From assembly GCA_002269645.1 (NCBI GenBank), contig NIVC01000374.1:62001-126000 (forward strand): DNA of 64,000 nt, read 5' to 3'. The position numbers and the translations under genes were made by a program. Each line of letters begins with the position of its first letter. Within the stretch, counting starts at the first letter, position 1. Of this stretch, positions 37,601-52,219 are shown one piece after another. The stretch is from Macrostomum lignano. Its lineage: Eukaryota. The notes below the pieces were generated by a model that had not been told where the DNA came from, did not search any database, and saw only the letters and a program-made list of their open reading frames with translations.

Positions 37601-38810
37601 GTGAGATTTTGAGGATTCTAAAATCTGGGGTCAAAATTTGCGAATTTTAATTTGTGGGGTGAGAATTCGAGGATTCGATTATCTGGGGTGAGATTTTGAA
37701 GATTCTAATATCTAGGATGAGATTTTAAGAATTCTAATATCTGGACAGAGATTTTGAGGATTCTAATATCTGGGCTGATATTTTGAAGATTCTAATATCT
37801 AGGATGAGATTTTAAGAATTCTAATATCTGGGGTGAGATTTTAAGGATTCTAATATTTGGGATGAAATTTTGAGGATTTTAATATCAGGGATGAGATTTT
37901 AAGGATTCTAATGTCTGGGGTGAGATTTTGAGGATTCTAATATTTGGGATGAAATTTTGAGGATTTTAATATCAGGGGTGAGATTTTGAGGATTCTATTA
38001 TCTGGAGTAAGATTTTGAGTAGTCTAAAATCTGGGGAGAGATTTTGACAATTCTAACATCTAGTGTGAAATTTTGTGGAATCGAATATCTGCGGTGAGAT
38101 TTTAAGTATTCTAATATCTAGGGTGAGATTTTGAGGATTCTAATATCTGGGGTGAGATTTTCAGGAGTCTAATATGCGGAGTGAGATTTTAAGGACTCTA
38201 ACGGTGGATTCTGGAAATATAAAAGCCCGAGATTTATAATTTATAAAGCCGCTCTCGCTGTCGCACCCTCTGCTCCCAGACTGTCCTGCTCAAGTCTGGC
38301 GGCCTGGCCGCGCTCCGTTCGGCCTTCGATTCCCGGGACACCGACCGAGCCCGCGTGCTGCGGATCGTCACCCTGCTGTCGGACATGGCGCTGGAGGCCG
38401 CCGAGGCGGAGGCTCACGCGGCATCCGCAGGCGGCGCCAGCTCCGCGGCTGCCTCCGAGCGGCATCGTCAGTATCAACAAGTCTCGGTTGCTAAGGCCAT
38501 AGCTGAGACTGGCTGGTGCAGCTCCATAACACGCCTGTTAAACTTTCAAGATCACGACGCTGTTGAGAAAACTGTAACTGCCATGTCGAATCTATTTGAT
38601 GTGTGCGGTCGCGAGTTCGCGTCTAACGACGGCGCTCAATCGACAATTGCGGCGTTGGATGAATTGGTCGGCCGGTACGAGCGGCTGGCTAAGGAGGAGC
38701 TGGAAGAAGAGGGAGCTGCCGGGTACTTTGAGCAGATGCGGCAGCGGGTGGGGCTGCTCAAACAGCGCTTGGCTGAGGCTGGGGGCGCATCGGTCAGATC
38801 TGAGCTCTGA
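34675..38810 (+). CDS. SIL1: ER Hsp70 (BiP) nucleotide exchange factor SIL1, about 514 aa. Exons 34675-35250, 36016-36318, 37257-37391, 38280-38810
   Basis: Hydrophobic signal region, the SIL1 motif [29 protein letters not shown], armadillo-like segments (LSEFEYHLRQIDNAQNF, RNFPLAQ) and a C-terminal RSEL ER-retention-like signal. All three introns are phase-0 GT-AG. Confidence 0.93.
35322..35960 (+). repeat. 31-bp minisatellite in SIL1 intron 1
   Basis: Unit AGCCAGCTGCAGTGCCTGAGGGGAATGGGAT. Confidence 0.95.
36405..37180 (+). repeat. 18-21-bp minisatellite with TTAGGG-like cores in SIL1 intron 2
   Basis: Units GGGTTACATCTGGTCATA and GGGTTATAATCTGATCATTTA. Confidence 0.92.
37505..38200 (+). 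repeat. Degenerate ~30-bp minisatellite in SIL1 intron 3
   Basis: Unit approximately GGGGTGAGATTTTGAGGATTCTAATATCT. Confidence 0.85.
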
Positions 38811-39379
38811 TGCTGGGCTATGAGTCAGCGCGATCTGTTGCTACGCCCATAATATGATTTATAATGTCTGCTGCAGGGAAAACCAAACCAGGGTTGGGTC
38901 AGAAAGTGGAAGTTTTGAGGTAGTGAAGTTTAGAACATACTCCTTATAGTTCTTGTAGACCTGTACTTTTCACTAACTTTATCAGCTCTCAAAAATGAAA
39001 AAAAATGGCAATATGAAGTTTTATTCTACACTGTTCTACAAAGAATTTCTGCAAAATAATATGCTGCGCTGTGGTTGGACTTTTTGATAAAGTCAGTCAT
39101 TTTTTAGTTTGCTTTTCTATTACTTTAAGTAGGTTTGTTTGTTGTTTTGCTGAAAAGTATGGTGTTATGAAAAAATTAAAAGCCTTTATTATTTTCTATT
39201 CAGTTTTGTCTTCTGCTTTTAATCATTTACTTATCCAGTTGTCAAGCCAAAGTACATTAATGAAGTGCACAAATTGAATGCAGGCCAGTTCAGGCTTGCA
39301 GCTCCAAAGGCTTTTTGGCTTGCTGTTTTACTATTTTTTCTTGCTATCAGGAAATTATTGCCGTTGATCTTGAATTAGC

Positions 39380-40010
39380 CTCATGTTGACCTGTCAGAAT
39401 TAGCCTCATATTGTTGACCTGTCAGAATTAGCATCATATTGTTGACCTGTCAGAATTAGCATCATATTGTTGACCTGTCAGAATTAGCCTCATATTGTTG
39501 ACCTGTCAAAATTAGCATCATATTGTTGACCTGTCAGAATTAGCATCATATTGTTGACCTGTCAGAATTAGCATCATATTGTTGACCTGTCAGAATTAGC
39601 CTCATATTGTTGACCTGTCAGAATTAGCATTATATTGTTGACCTGTCAGAATTAGCATCATATTGTTGACCTGTCAGAATTAGCCTCATATTGTTGACCT
39701 GTCAAAATTAGCATCATATTGTTGACCTGTCAGAATTAGCATCATATTGTTGACCTGTCAGAATTAGCCTCATATTGTTGACCTGTCAAAATTAGCATCA
39801 TATTGTTGACCTGTCAAAATTAGCATCATATTTTTGACCTGTCAGAATTAGCATCATATTGTTGACCTGTCAGAATTAGCCTCATATTGTTGACCTGTCA
39901 GAATTAGCATCATATTGTTGACCTGTCAGAATTAGCCTCATATTGTTGACCTGTCAGAATTAGCATCATATTGTTGACCTGTCAGAATTAGCCTCGTGTT
40001 GTTGACCTTT
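39380..40010. repeat. 28-bp minisatellite upstream of LIX1L
   Basis: Unit GTTGACCTGTCAGAATTAGCATCATATT. Confidence 0.95.
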
Positions 40011-40102
40011 TGATGGATTCATACCTAAGCAATGCAGCATATTTTTCATCCCATGCTCAACTCTTGAAGTGCCGCCCCAGCTCCATCAGCTGACTCTATC
40101 CA

Positions 40103-43130
<3,028 letters not shown>

Positions 43131-43209
43131 CTGCTGAAATTGGCGATGCCGTCACGGCTTGACTGGCTTGTTGGGCTTCAATTGTGGTGTCTAGTTAATC
43201 TATTCTTGC

Positions 43210-43580
43210 CTAACTTGGCGCCTCACTGCCTCTTGGCGTCTCACTGCCCCCTTGGCGTTTCATTTCATCCTTCAGCGCCTCATTGCCCCCCTTTTGGCGT
43301 CTCACTTCATCCTTCGGCGCCTCACTGCCCCCCTTTTGGCGTCTTATTTCATCCTTCGGCGCCTCATTGCCCCCCTGGCGCCTCATTTCATCCTTCGGCG
43401 CCTCATTGCCCCCCCTTGGCACAACACTGCCTCTTGGCGTCTCACTGCTCCCCCTTGTTGCCTCATTGCCTCACTTGACGCCTCACTTCATCATTTGGCG
43501 CCTCATTGGCCCCCTTGGCGCCTCATTTCATCCCTTGGCGCATTACTGCCTCCTTTGACGCCTCATTTTGTCTTTTGGCG
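43210..43580. repeat. Degenerate GGCGCCTCA-core array downstream of the LIX1L stop
   Basis: Recurrent (T/C)GGCG(C/T)CTCA(T/C)T units. Confidence 0.75.
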
Positions 43581-44179
43581 CGTCAATGCCCAACAGAGGC
43601 CACAATTTTATGTGTATTAAGGAAATGTATATCAAAATTAATTTGTTGTCATATCTGTTATCAGCTACTGTACAAAAGTTTCCTGTCAGTAGTATATTGT
43701 TACACGCCGTATGCTATCTTGTTCATTCATTCTCTATTCATCTTTGTGCAATTACGTACTCGTATAATAAATATACGTCTTCAGTATACATGTATAAATA
43801 TAAATACAAATTTATTACAAATACAAAATAAATACAATAAATACAATAAATACAAATTTGCAAAGATTCCTTTGTTATTTCGCACTTTATTGTTTTGTTT
43901 CTTATTTAAAATTTTAAAATCTCACCCAGGTATTTTATATTCCATGTATATTTACTGGATATATGCGAATTTTAACCTGTTGTACTTTTATCCAATCATG
44001 TAGATTTTTCTTTGTTTTCCTAATTGTTTTTTAAAAAATAATTTCTCTTTACAATATTTCATTTGAAGTTTAAATAAATTGTTTTGAAGTTCTTTTAAAA
44101 GGCTTCTTATGCGTTTAATTTCAACTTGACGTGTCTGCACTTTATTACATTAGTGCAATATAGTTTATAATTAATGTTG

Positions 44180-45297
44180 AGGTGCACAAAGGTAGATATC
44201 TAACTGATATTGGGGTGTACACAGGTAGATATCTAATCAATATTGGAGTGTGCACAAGTAGAAATCTAATCGATACTGGGGTGTACACAGGTAGATATCT
44301 AATTGATATTGGGGTGTACACAGGTAGATATCTAATCGATATTGGGTGTACACAGGTAGATATCTAATCGATGTTGGGGTGTACACAGGTAGATGATATC
44401 TAATCGATATTGGAGTGTGCACAAGTAGAAATCTAATCGATACTGGGGTGTACACAGGTAGATATCTAATTGATATTGGGGTGTACACAGGTAGATATCT
44501 AATCGATATTGGGGTGTACTCAGGTAGATGATATCTAATCGATATTGGAGTGTGCACAAGTAGATATCTAATTGATACTGGGGTGTACACAGGTAGATAT
44601 CTAATTGATATTGAGGTGTACACAGGTAGATATCTAATCGATATTGGGTGTACACAGGTAGATATCTAATCGATATTGGGGTGTACACAGGTAGATATCT
44701 AATCGATGTTGGGGTGTACACAGGTAGATGATATCTAATCGATATTGGAGTGTGCACAAGTAGATATCTAATCGATACTGGGGTGTACACTGGTAGATAT
44801 CTAATTGATATTGGGTGTACACAGGTAGATATCTAATCGATATTGGGGTGTACACAGGTAGATATCTAATCGATGTTGGGGTGTACACAGGTAGATGATA
44901 TCTAATCGATATTGGAGTGTGCACAAGTAGATATCTAATCGATACTGGGGTGTACACAGGTAGATATCTAATTGATATTGGGGTGTACACAGGTAGATAT
45001 CTAATCGATATTGGGTGTACACAGGTAGATATCTAATCGATATTGGGGTGTACACAGGTAGATATCTAATCGATGTTGGGGTGTACACAGGTAGATGATA
45101 TCTAATCGATACTGGGGTGTACACAGGTAGATATCTATTTGATATTGGGGTGTACACAGGTAGATATCTAATCGATGTTGGGGTGTACACAGTTAGATAT
45201 CTATTTGATATTGGGGTGTACACAAGTAGATATTTAATCGATATTGGGGTGTACACAGGTAGATATCTAATCGATATTGGGGTGTACACAGGTACAC
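44180..45297 (+). repeat. ~33-bp minisatellite ending about 50 bp before the SRP19 ATG
   Basis: Unit GTAGATATCTAATCGATATTGGGGTGTACACAG. Confidence 0.95.
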
Positions 45298-45348
45298 AGT
45301 CGCAGGTTAAGCATGTAATTAATCTCCCAAATCCCATAATTCTGCTGC

Positions 45349-45825
45349 ATGGCTCGCCCATTCAACCCGGATTTCTCCCACGCTGACCGGGAGAAGTGGA
45401 TCTGCTTCTACCCCTGCTACATCAACAGGGCGTGGTCGCGAGCTCGCGGCCGCAAAGTGTCCTACAGCCTGGCTGTCGACAATCCTCGCGCTGAGGAGAT
45501 TCGTGACGTCTGCGCCGCCGCCGGCATGACCCTGGGCGTTGAGAACAAAATCCACCCTAGAGAGCGCGACATCTACGACAAGAATCTGCGCGGCCGGGTT
45601 CGAATCCAGCTGAAAAATGAGGACGGCTCGTTGCGGCATCCGGACAATTTTCCTAATCGAATGGCCGTGTTTAACTACGTGGCCGCTCAGATACCGAAAT
45701 TGAAGACTCGCCAGGGTGCTTCCGGCGGCGGTGGCGGCGCTTCCGGTGGAGGTGGAGGTGCTTCCGGCGGAGGCGGTGGCGGCCAATCATCCCAGGAGAA
45801 GAAGAAGCAAAAAAAGAAGCGATGA
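45349..45825 (+). CDS. SRP19: Signal recognition particle 19 kDa protein
   Basis: WICFYPCYIN...GRKV...AVDNPRAEEIRDVC...KIHPRE...RGRVRIQLKNEDGS matches SRP19. Gly-rich linker and Lys-rich tail. Uninterrupted ORF. Confidence 0.95.
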   Translation: MARPFNPDFSHADREKWICFYPCYINRAWSRARGRKVSYSLAVDNPRAEEIRDVCAAAGMTLGVENKIHPRERDIYDKNLRGRVRIQLKNEDGSLRHPDNFPNRMAVFNYVAAQIPKLKTRQGASGGGGGASGGGGGASGGGGGGQSSQEKKKQKKKR

Positions 45826-46004
45826 TTCTAGAAAAATTAATTTTTGATTTTCTTTGAATCTTTTTTTCTGTCGAATGTACTGCGCCTACTGATAGTAGGC
45901 TTGTTGCGAGTTTTTTGTGCTTTTCTGTTTCATTTTAATTTAGGGCACTCGTTGACTGAACTGTGGATTCTTTAAATAGGATTTTCGTGTAAACATTCGG
46001 GACT

Positions 46005-46205
46005 TTGATGTGAAAAACCCGGACTCATTCGGGACTTTGATGTGAAAAACCCGGACTCATTCGGGACTTTGATGTGAAAAACCCGGACTCATTCGGGACT
46101 TTGACCTGAAGATCAGGAGAAAATCCCTTCAGGAGAAAATCCCTTCAGGAGAAAATCCCGGATTTTTTCGGGACTTTGATGTGAAGATCCCGGACTCATT
46201 CGGGT
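46005..46205. repeat. Short ~33-bp tandem repeat
   Basis: TTCGGGACTTTGATGTGAAAAACCCGGACTCA x3-4, plus CAGGAGAAAATCCC x3. Confidence 0.8.
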
Positions 46206-46589
46206 GTGAAGATTTACTGATTGGTGTTCGCATGCTCAGGTGCCCTATTTCAATCGTAGATCCGTCTCGTGCGTGCGTGCTTGTTCCCAATAAGTAGCCC
46301 TACAAACGCATTGAACAGTCATTCATTGCTTACTGGAGCCCGATTAAGATTCTATGTTTATTCAAATGAAAATAAAATTTACGACAGACAGTTGACTTTG
46401 CGCAAGGTTGCGGTCATTGGTTCGAGTCATGTTGTGCAACAGATTTCTGTTCAAAAAGTCGGCTGCGATTGCAATAAATCTTGAACTTTGCGCATTAATT
46501 GGCTTGCTTATTTTGAAAAAAGTTGTACAAATTAATGACAATTAAAGGTTATGCTAGTTTATACGCTTCTGGTATGACGTTTTCGGTTA

Positions 46590-47040
46590 AAGGAATGAGA
46601 TTGTCTTTTTTAAGAAATGAGATTGTCGGTTTCAGGATTGAGATTGTCGGTTAAAGGACTGGGATTGTCGATTTAAGGACTGGGATTGTCGGTTTAAGGA
46701 CTGAGATTGTCGGTCCAAGGATTGAGATTGTCGGTTTAAGGACAGATTGTTGGTTATAAGATTGAAATTGTCGGTTTAATGATTGAAATTGTCGGTTTAA
46801 GGATTGAGATTGTCGGTTTAAGGATTGAGATTGTCGGTTTAAGGAATGGGATTGTCGGTTTAAGAATAGAGATTGTCGGTTTAAGGAATGAGATTGTCGG
46901 TTTAAGATTTGATATTATCGGTCCAAGGACTGAGATTATCGGTTCAAAGATTGAGATTATCGGTCCAAGGATTGAGATTGTCGGTTTAAGGACTGGAGTA
47001 AGTTTAATGGCAGATTGTCGGTTTAAGGCATGAGATTGTC
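46590..47040. repeat. 21-bp minisatellite
   Basis: Unit GGATTGAGATTGTCGGTTTAA. Confidence 0.9.
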
Positions 47041-47483
47041 AGTTTAATTGCAATACGATATCAGTTACGAGATGCCACGGCAGTTACACTAGAATGCCGC
47101 GTGTACTTTTGCCGCAGTACCGCCTGCATGCGTGTTTGGCGGCTTTTCGGGCAGCCAGCTGAGTCGTGGATTTCTGGCGCACTAGAAAACAAATAAATTC
47201 ATCCTCTATGGCACAAACCGCGGTGCTTCTCTCGACTTTTCTTTCTGTATTGGCTCGGATTCTGTTGCCAACACGGGAAAGCGTCAGATCCAGCGCTGCA
47301 GCTCTGTGGCCCGCCAGCACCCCAGCTACAAAGTGAGAAGTGCAGCAGAAGCAGCAGATTTAGCAGTTATAAGGATTCCCCTGCCCCCTCCTGCTCCCTG
47401 ACTGTCGGCTGGAGTCTCTCCTGCCGCTGCAAGAACTCCGCAGGCTTTCAGACTCTTGTTCTTCATCTGAAAAAAATAGCGAC

Positions 47484-49560
47484 ATGCTAGCCTCTGTCGA
47501 CGGCGACGACGACAGCTGCGGCAGCGGCAACAAGGACCCGACGGGCGCGGCCAGTCAGCAGCTGCACTGCCTGCCGGTGGCCGGAGCCACGGACACGGCT
47601 GGAAACGAGTTCGGCAAGCTCTTCATCGGCGGGCTCAGTCAGCTGACTAACGAGACCAGCCTGCGCTGCCACTTCGGCATGTACGGCCAGGTGGAGGACG
47701 CCGTGGTGATGATGGACAGCCAGACTGGTCGGTCGCGCGGTTTCGGCTTTGTGAAATTCCGCGACCCCGCCGTAGTGGACGCCGTGCTGGAGACCAGCGA
47801 TCACGTGATCGACGGCAAGGCCGTGGACGTGAAGCAGAGCAACATCAACGTCAAAGGAAAGAGCAGCCGCAGTCTTAAGATCTTTGTCGGCGGCATCGCT
47901 CCGGAGCACGACTCCGCTACGGTAGGGCGCGCATTCAAACTCAAATTTTCTGCGAAATCACTGTCACATGGGTCGTAGACTCCCCCGATTGCAGAGGGGT
48001 GCTGGCGCCCCTGGTGCTGGCGCCCCTGGTGCTGGCGCTCCTGGTGCTGGCGCCCCTGGTGCTGGCGCCCCTGGTGCTGGCGCCCCTGGTGCTGGCGCCC
48101 CTGGTGCTGGCGCCCCTGGTGCTGGCGCCCCTGGTGCTGGCGCCCCTGGTGCTGGCGCCCCTGGTGCTGGCGCCCCTGGTGCTGGCGCCCCTGGTGCTGG
48201 CGCCCCTGGTGCTGGCGCCCCTGGTGCTGGCGCCCCTGGTGCTGGCGCCCCTGGTGCTGGCGCCCCTGGTGCTGGCGCCCCTGGTGCTGGCGCCCCTGGT
48301 GCTGGCGCCCCTGGTGCTGGCGCCCCTGGTGCTGGCGCCCCTGGTGCTGGCGCCCCTGGTGCTGGCGCCCCTGGTGCTGGCGCCCCTGGTGCTGGCGCCC
48401 CTGGTGCTGGCGCCCCTGGTGCTGGCGCCCCTGGTGCTGGCGCCCCTGGTGCTGGCGCCCCTGGTGCTGGCGCCCCTGGTGCTGGCGCCCCTGGTGCTGG
48501 CGCCCCTGGTGCTGGCGCCCCTGGTGCTGGCGCCCCTGGTGCTGGCGCCCCTGGTGCTGGCGCCCCTGGTGCTGGCGCCCCTGGTGCTGGCGCCCCTGGT
48601 GCTGGCGCCCCTGGTGCTGGCGCCCCTGGTGCTGGCGCCCCTGGTGCTGGCGCCCCTGGTGCTGGCGCCCCTGGTGCTGGCGCCCCTGGTGCTGGCGCCC
48701 CTGGTGCTGGCGCCCCTGGTGCTGGCGCCCCTGGTGCTGGCGCCCCTGGTGCTGGCGCCCCTGGTGCTGGCGCCCCTGGTGCTGGCGCCCCTGGTGCTGG
48801 CGCCCCTGGTGCTGGCGCCCCTGGTGCTGGCGCCCCTGGTGCTGGCGCCCCTGGTGCTGGCGCCCCTGGTGCTGGCGCCCCTGGTGCTGGCGCCCCTGGT
48901 GCTGGCGCCCCTGGTGCTGGCGCCCCTGGTGCTGGCGCCCCTGGTGCTGGCGCCCCTGGTGCTGGCGCCCCTGGTGCTGGCGCCCCTGGTGCTGGCGCCC
49001 CTGGTGCTGGCGCCCCTGGTGCTGGCGCCCCTGGTGCTGGCGCCCCTGGTGCTGGCGCCCCTGGTGCTGGCGCCCCTGGTGCTGGCGCCCCTGGTGCTTG
49101 CCTGTTAATAAGCCAGTTAAAACTGACCTACCCGCAGGTGCGCGCCTGTTTCTCCCAGTTCGGCCGGGTGACGGACGTCAACCTCATGCTGGACCAGACC
49201 AAGCAACGGCACCGCGGCTTCGCCTTTGTCGCCTTCGACGACGAGCGCGTGGTAGCCCGGCTGGTGCAGCTGCACTACGTCGACATCTGTGGCCGACTAG
49301 TCGAAGTCAAAGCCATGAAGCCGCCAAACTTCGACACCGCCGCTGCTGCCGCTCGAGGCCAAGCGTCGGCCGCTGCGGCGGCGGCTGCAGCGGCTGCAGC
49401 GGCCACCTCTCAGTACCAGCAGCAACAGCAACAGCAGCAGCAACAGCTCTACCAAGCTGCGCAGCCCTATCACTTGATGCAGCCGCACCAGCTGCTGCCG
49501 CCACCGCCGCCGCCGCCCCTTCAACCGTCTCTGCCGCCGTTGCACCATCTGCTGCATCCT

Positions 49561-49591
<31 letters not shown>

Positions 49592-49706
49592 TGCCGCCAA
49601 TGCCGGCTCATATCGCCTACCCGGCAACTGCTTGGCAACCGGCTATGCCGTGCGATCCTAGCGCCGGTCAGGGAGCCGGAGTCTGCACTTTGGCCTATTA
49701 TCCTGG

Positions 49707-49756
<50 letters not shown>

Positions 49757-50238
49757 TGCTGGACGGCGGTTTCTGCACCGCGCCCTGGGGCACCCAACAG
49801 CCGCCATGGCTGCCGCAGGCGCTGGTCGCCTGGCCCAGTCTGGCGCCACCTCCGCCGCTGCCGCCTCCGCCTCCGCCGCCACCACCGCCGCCGCCTCCTG
49901 CGGCCTACCTTCAGCCAATCGGCGGCGGCGGTGGCGGTGGTGGAGGCGGCGGCCAGTCTCCTCAGCAGCCGCAGTCTCAGCATCATCATCATCATCAGGC
50001 TCAGTCCTCATCATCATCTGCATTTATTGTTGCCGGGCAGGACGATAGCAGCTCAGCTTATGCCAGCTGGCTAAGTCAGGCCGCAGCTGGAGACTTTGAT
50101 AGGCGGGACAGCGGCAAGCAGACTCAGCAGGGAGCTTCGGCACAACAGCAGGCAGTATCCGCTTCATCGCAGCCTCAGCCTCCACCTCAGCAGCCGCAGC
50201 AGCAGGGAGCCAGCTTCGCTGCTGTTCGAGAACTTTAA
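47484..50238 (+). CDS. DAZAP1: Two-RRM RNA-binding protein (DAZAP1/Hrb27C/Musashi class) with Q/P/A-rich C-terminus, about 512 aa. Exons 47484-47921, 49138-50238
   Basis: RRM1 has KLFIGGL and RGFGFVKF; RRM2 has KIFVGGI and RGFAFVAF and is split by a phase-0 intron (ACG|GTAGGG ... cccgcAG|GTG). RRM2 resembles DAZAP1 most closely; orthology is untested. Confidence 0.85.
47998..49097 (+). repeat. Near-perfect 15-bp array (about 73 copies) in the DAZAP1-like intron
   Basis: Unit GGTGCTGGCGCCCCT. Only one variant was seen (48039). Confidence 0.98.
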
Positions 50239-50904
50239 TCCTTTTTTATAAAAAAAGACAGAAACCAGCGGAGCTTTTTTGTTGGGAAATTTTTCTTTTA
50301 TTCATAATTCCTTTCTGATTCATTTTCGGCCTTTTCATTATTAGTAAGGTTTGCTTGAGTTCTGGCAACCTTCTGCCCTGCTGTGGGAGCCGTGTTTGTG
50401 AGTTACTAACACGGGACTAATACCTGTAACTAATATTAACACACCTGCATGCTTACCTGTGTGCCACACGAACAAGCAAAACTTTCCATCTAATTATTTT
50501 CCCCACCCGCTTGGCAACTCGCGCGAGCTAAAAAACAACACCTTATTTTACATTTACTTTTCCCCTACTCAGTTTAATAAGCTGTAACGCATCATTAACT
50601 GCAGTGCCAACCTGTTGTTTGGTTTTTAAAACTATAAATATAGACTTTGAGACAAACAGAAGCGCAGACCTGTCATACTCTAGAGGAACTGTATTGTCAG
50701 CTATTAAAGCAGTAATCAGTCCGTGATTTGCTTATTTATTTAATCTATCAATTAGTCATTTAGTCTAGATTTCTAATGAGGAACAATAGTTTGCCAGAAT
50801 ACTTTGTTAATTTGGTCTGGTAAGTTCAGGGAACAAATAAGGTTAAATTCAGTTGTGAAAGTCTCAATAGCAACAGTATTTTTTATCACGTTCAGGTGCC
50901 AGGT

Positions 50905-51365
50905 GAGTCAGTGAGGCGCCAAAAGAGTCAGTGAGGCGCCAAGGAAGTCAGTGAGGCGCCAAGAGAGTCAGTAAGGCGCCAAGAGAGTCAGTAAGGCGCC
51001 AAGAGAGTCAGTAAGGCGCCAAGAGAGTCAGTAAGGCGCCAAGAGAGTCAGTAAGGCGCCAAGAGAGTCAGTCAGTGAGGCGCTAAGATAGTCAGTGAGG
51101 CGCCAAAAGAGTCAGTGAAGCGCCAAGAGAGTCAGTGAGGCGCGAAGGGAGTCAGTCAGGCACCAAGAGTGCCTGACTGTCAGTGATCTTAGCGCCTCAG
51201 TCAGTGAGGCGCTAAGATAGTCAGTGAGGCGCCAAAAGAGTCAGTGAAGCGCCAAGAGAGTCAGTGAGGCGCGAAGGGAGTCAGTCAGGCACCAAGAGTG
51301 TTGATGAGGCGCCAAAGGAGTTAGTGAGGCGCCAAAGAGTCAGTGAGGCGCCAAGAGACTCAGTA
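50905..51365. repeat. ~20-bp GAGTCAGTGAGGCGCCAAGA array with an internal inversion
   Basis: Degenerate units; inverted segment at about 51170-51215. Confidence 0.85.
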
Positions 51366-52219
51366 AGCAAGAGAGTCTCGACAACTCTCAGTGAGTCGAG
51401 AGTTTTGATAAATTGCTCTCTGGCTATTGCAGCAATATTACGGAGGAATATTCTGGTATTCTATGGCTAATAATTAGCAAACAACGCTACTATTGAGTAG
51501 GTAAATGCAGTTGTGACTTACAGTAAAAATTTTGTGACTAATTTTTGTCGAAGTGACGCAGTCAAATGAGCTATTTTTTGATTGAGGAGTTTAAGATTGT
51601 GAGTGAGTTTATTGTGAATTTATGAGCTAGTTTATAAGGTATCAAATAAATATTAGAAATCACGCTATAAATATAAATGCATTCAAAAATAACAACCAAT
51701 TTGGGGTTTCGTCTGATATCACTGTTGCTTTAACCATCATTTGGAAAGACAATGCACGATTATGGGTTAAGAACTGGCATAGTAACTAAATTACACCAAT
51801 TCTACCGCAAACCTGGATTGATATCATCATAAAACTTGGAAATAAGTATCATTGTTAGTTGCTATGATGTCTAAAATGTCATCTGGATCATGAGCTGGTC
51901 CAAGGAAGTTTTTGGGGCTTAAAGAGGCTTATAATGTATACCGCCCTTTTGCCTGTCTTGGTAATTATATATACTATCTAGGCTTTCTAATAGTTACTAG
52001 GCAATTGGCATCTTTGATGTTTGACAGGCAGCTGGTGTGCTGTATTTTTGTATCTCCACTTCTTCATCCCAGTCGCTAAGGCGCTTTCTTAAGTGCACTG
52101 TCTGCCTTTCTGGGAAATGCTTGTTAAGTCCAGTAAACTTTTGTGTATATATGTAATGCATGCAAATTCTAACATATCAGAGAGTTCTATGTTGTCACTG
52201 CTGCAGAATATTATCACCT

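Noticed and set aside
47084-47320. 78-aa minus-strand ORF
   Set aside because: Non-ATG start, no recognisable domain, and it lies in the probable promoter/5'-UTR of the RRM gene.
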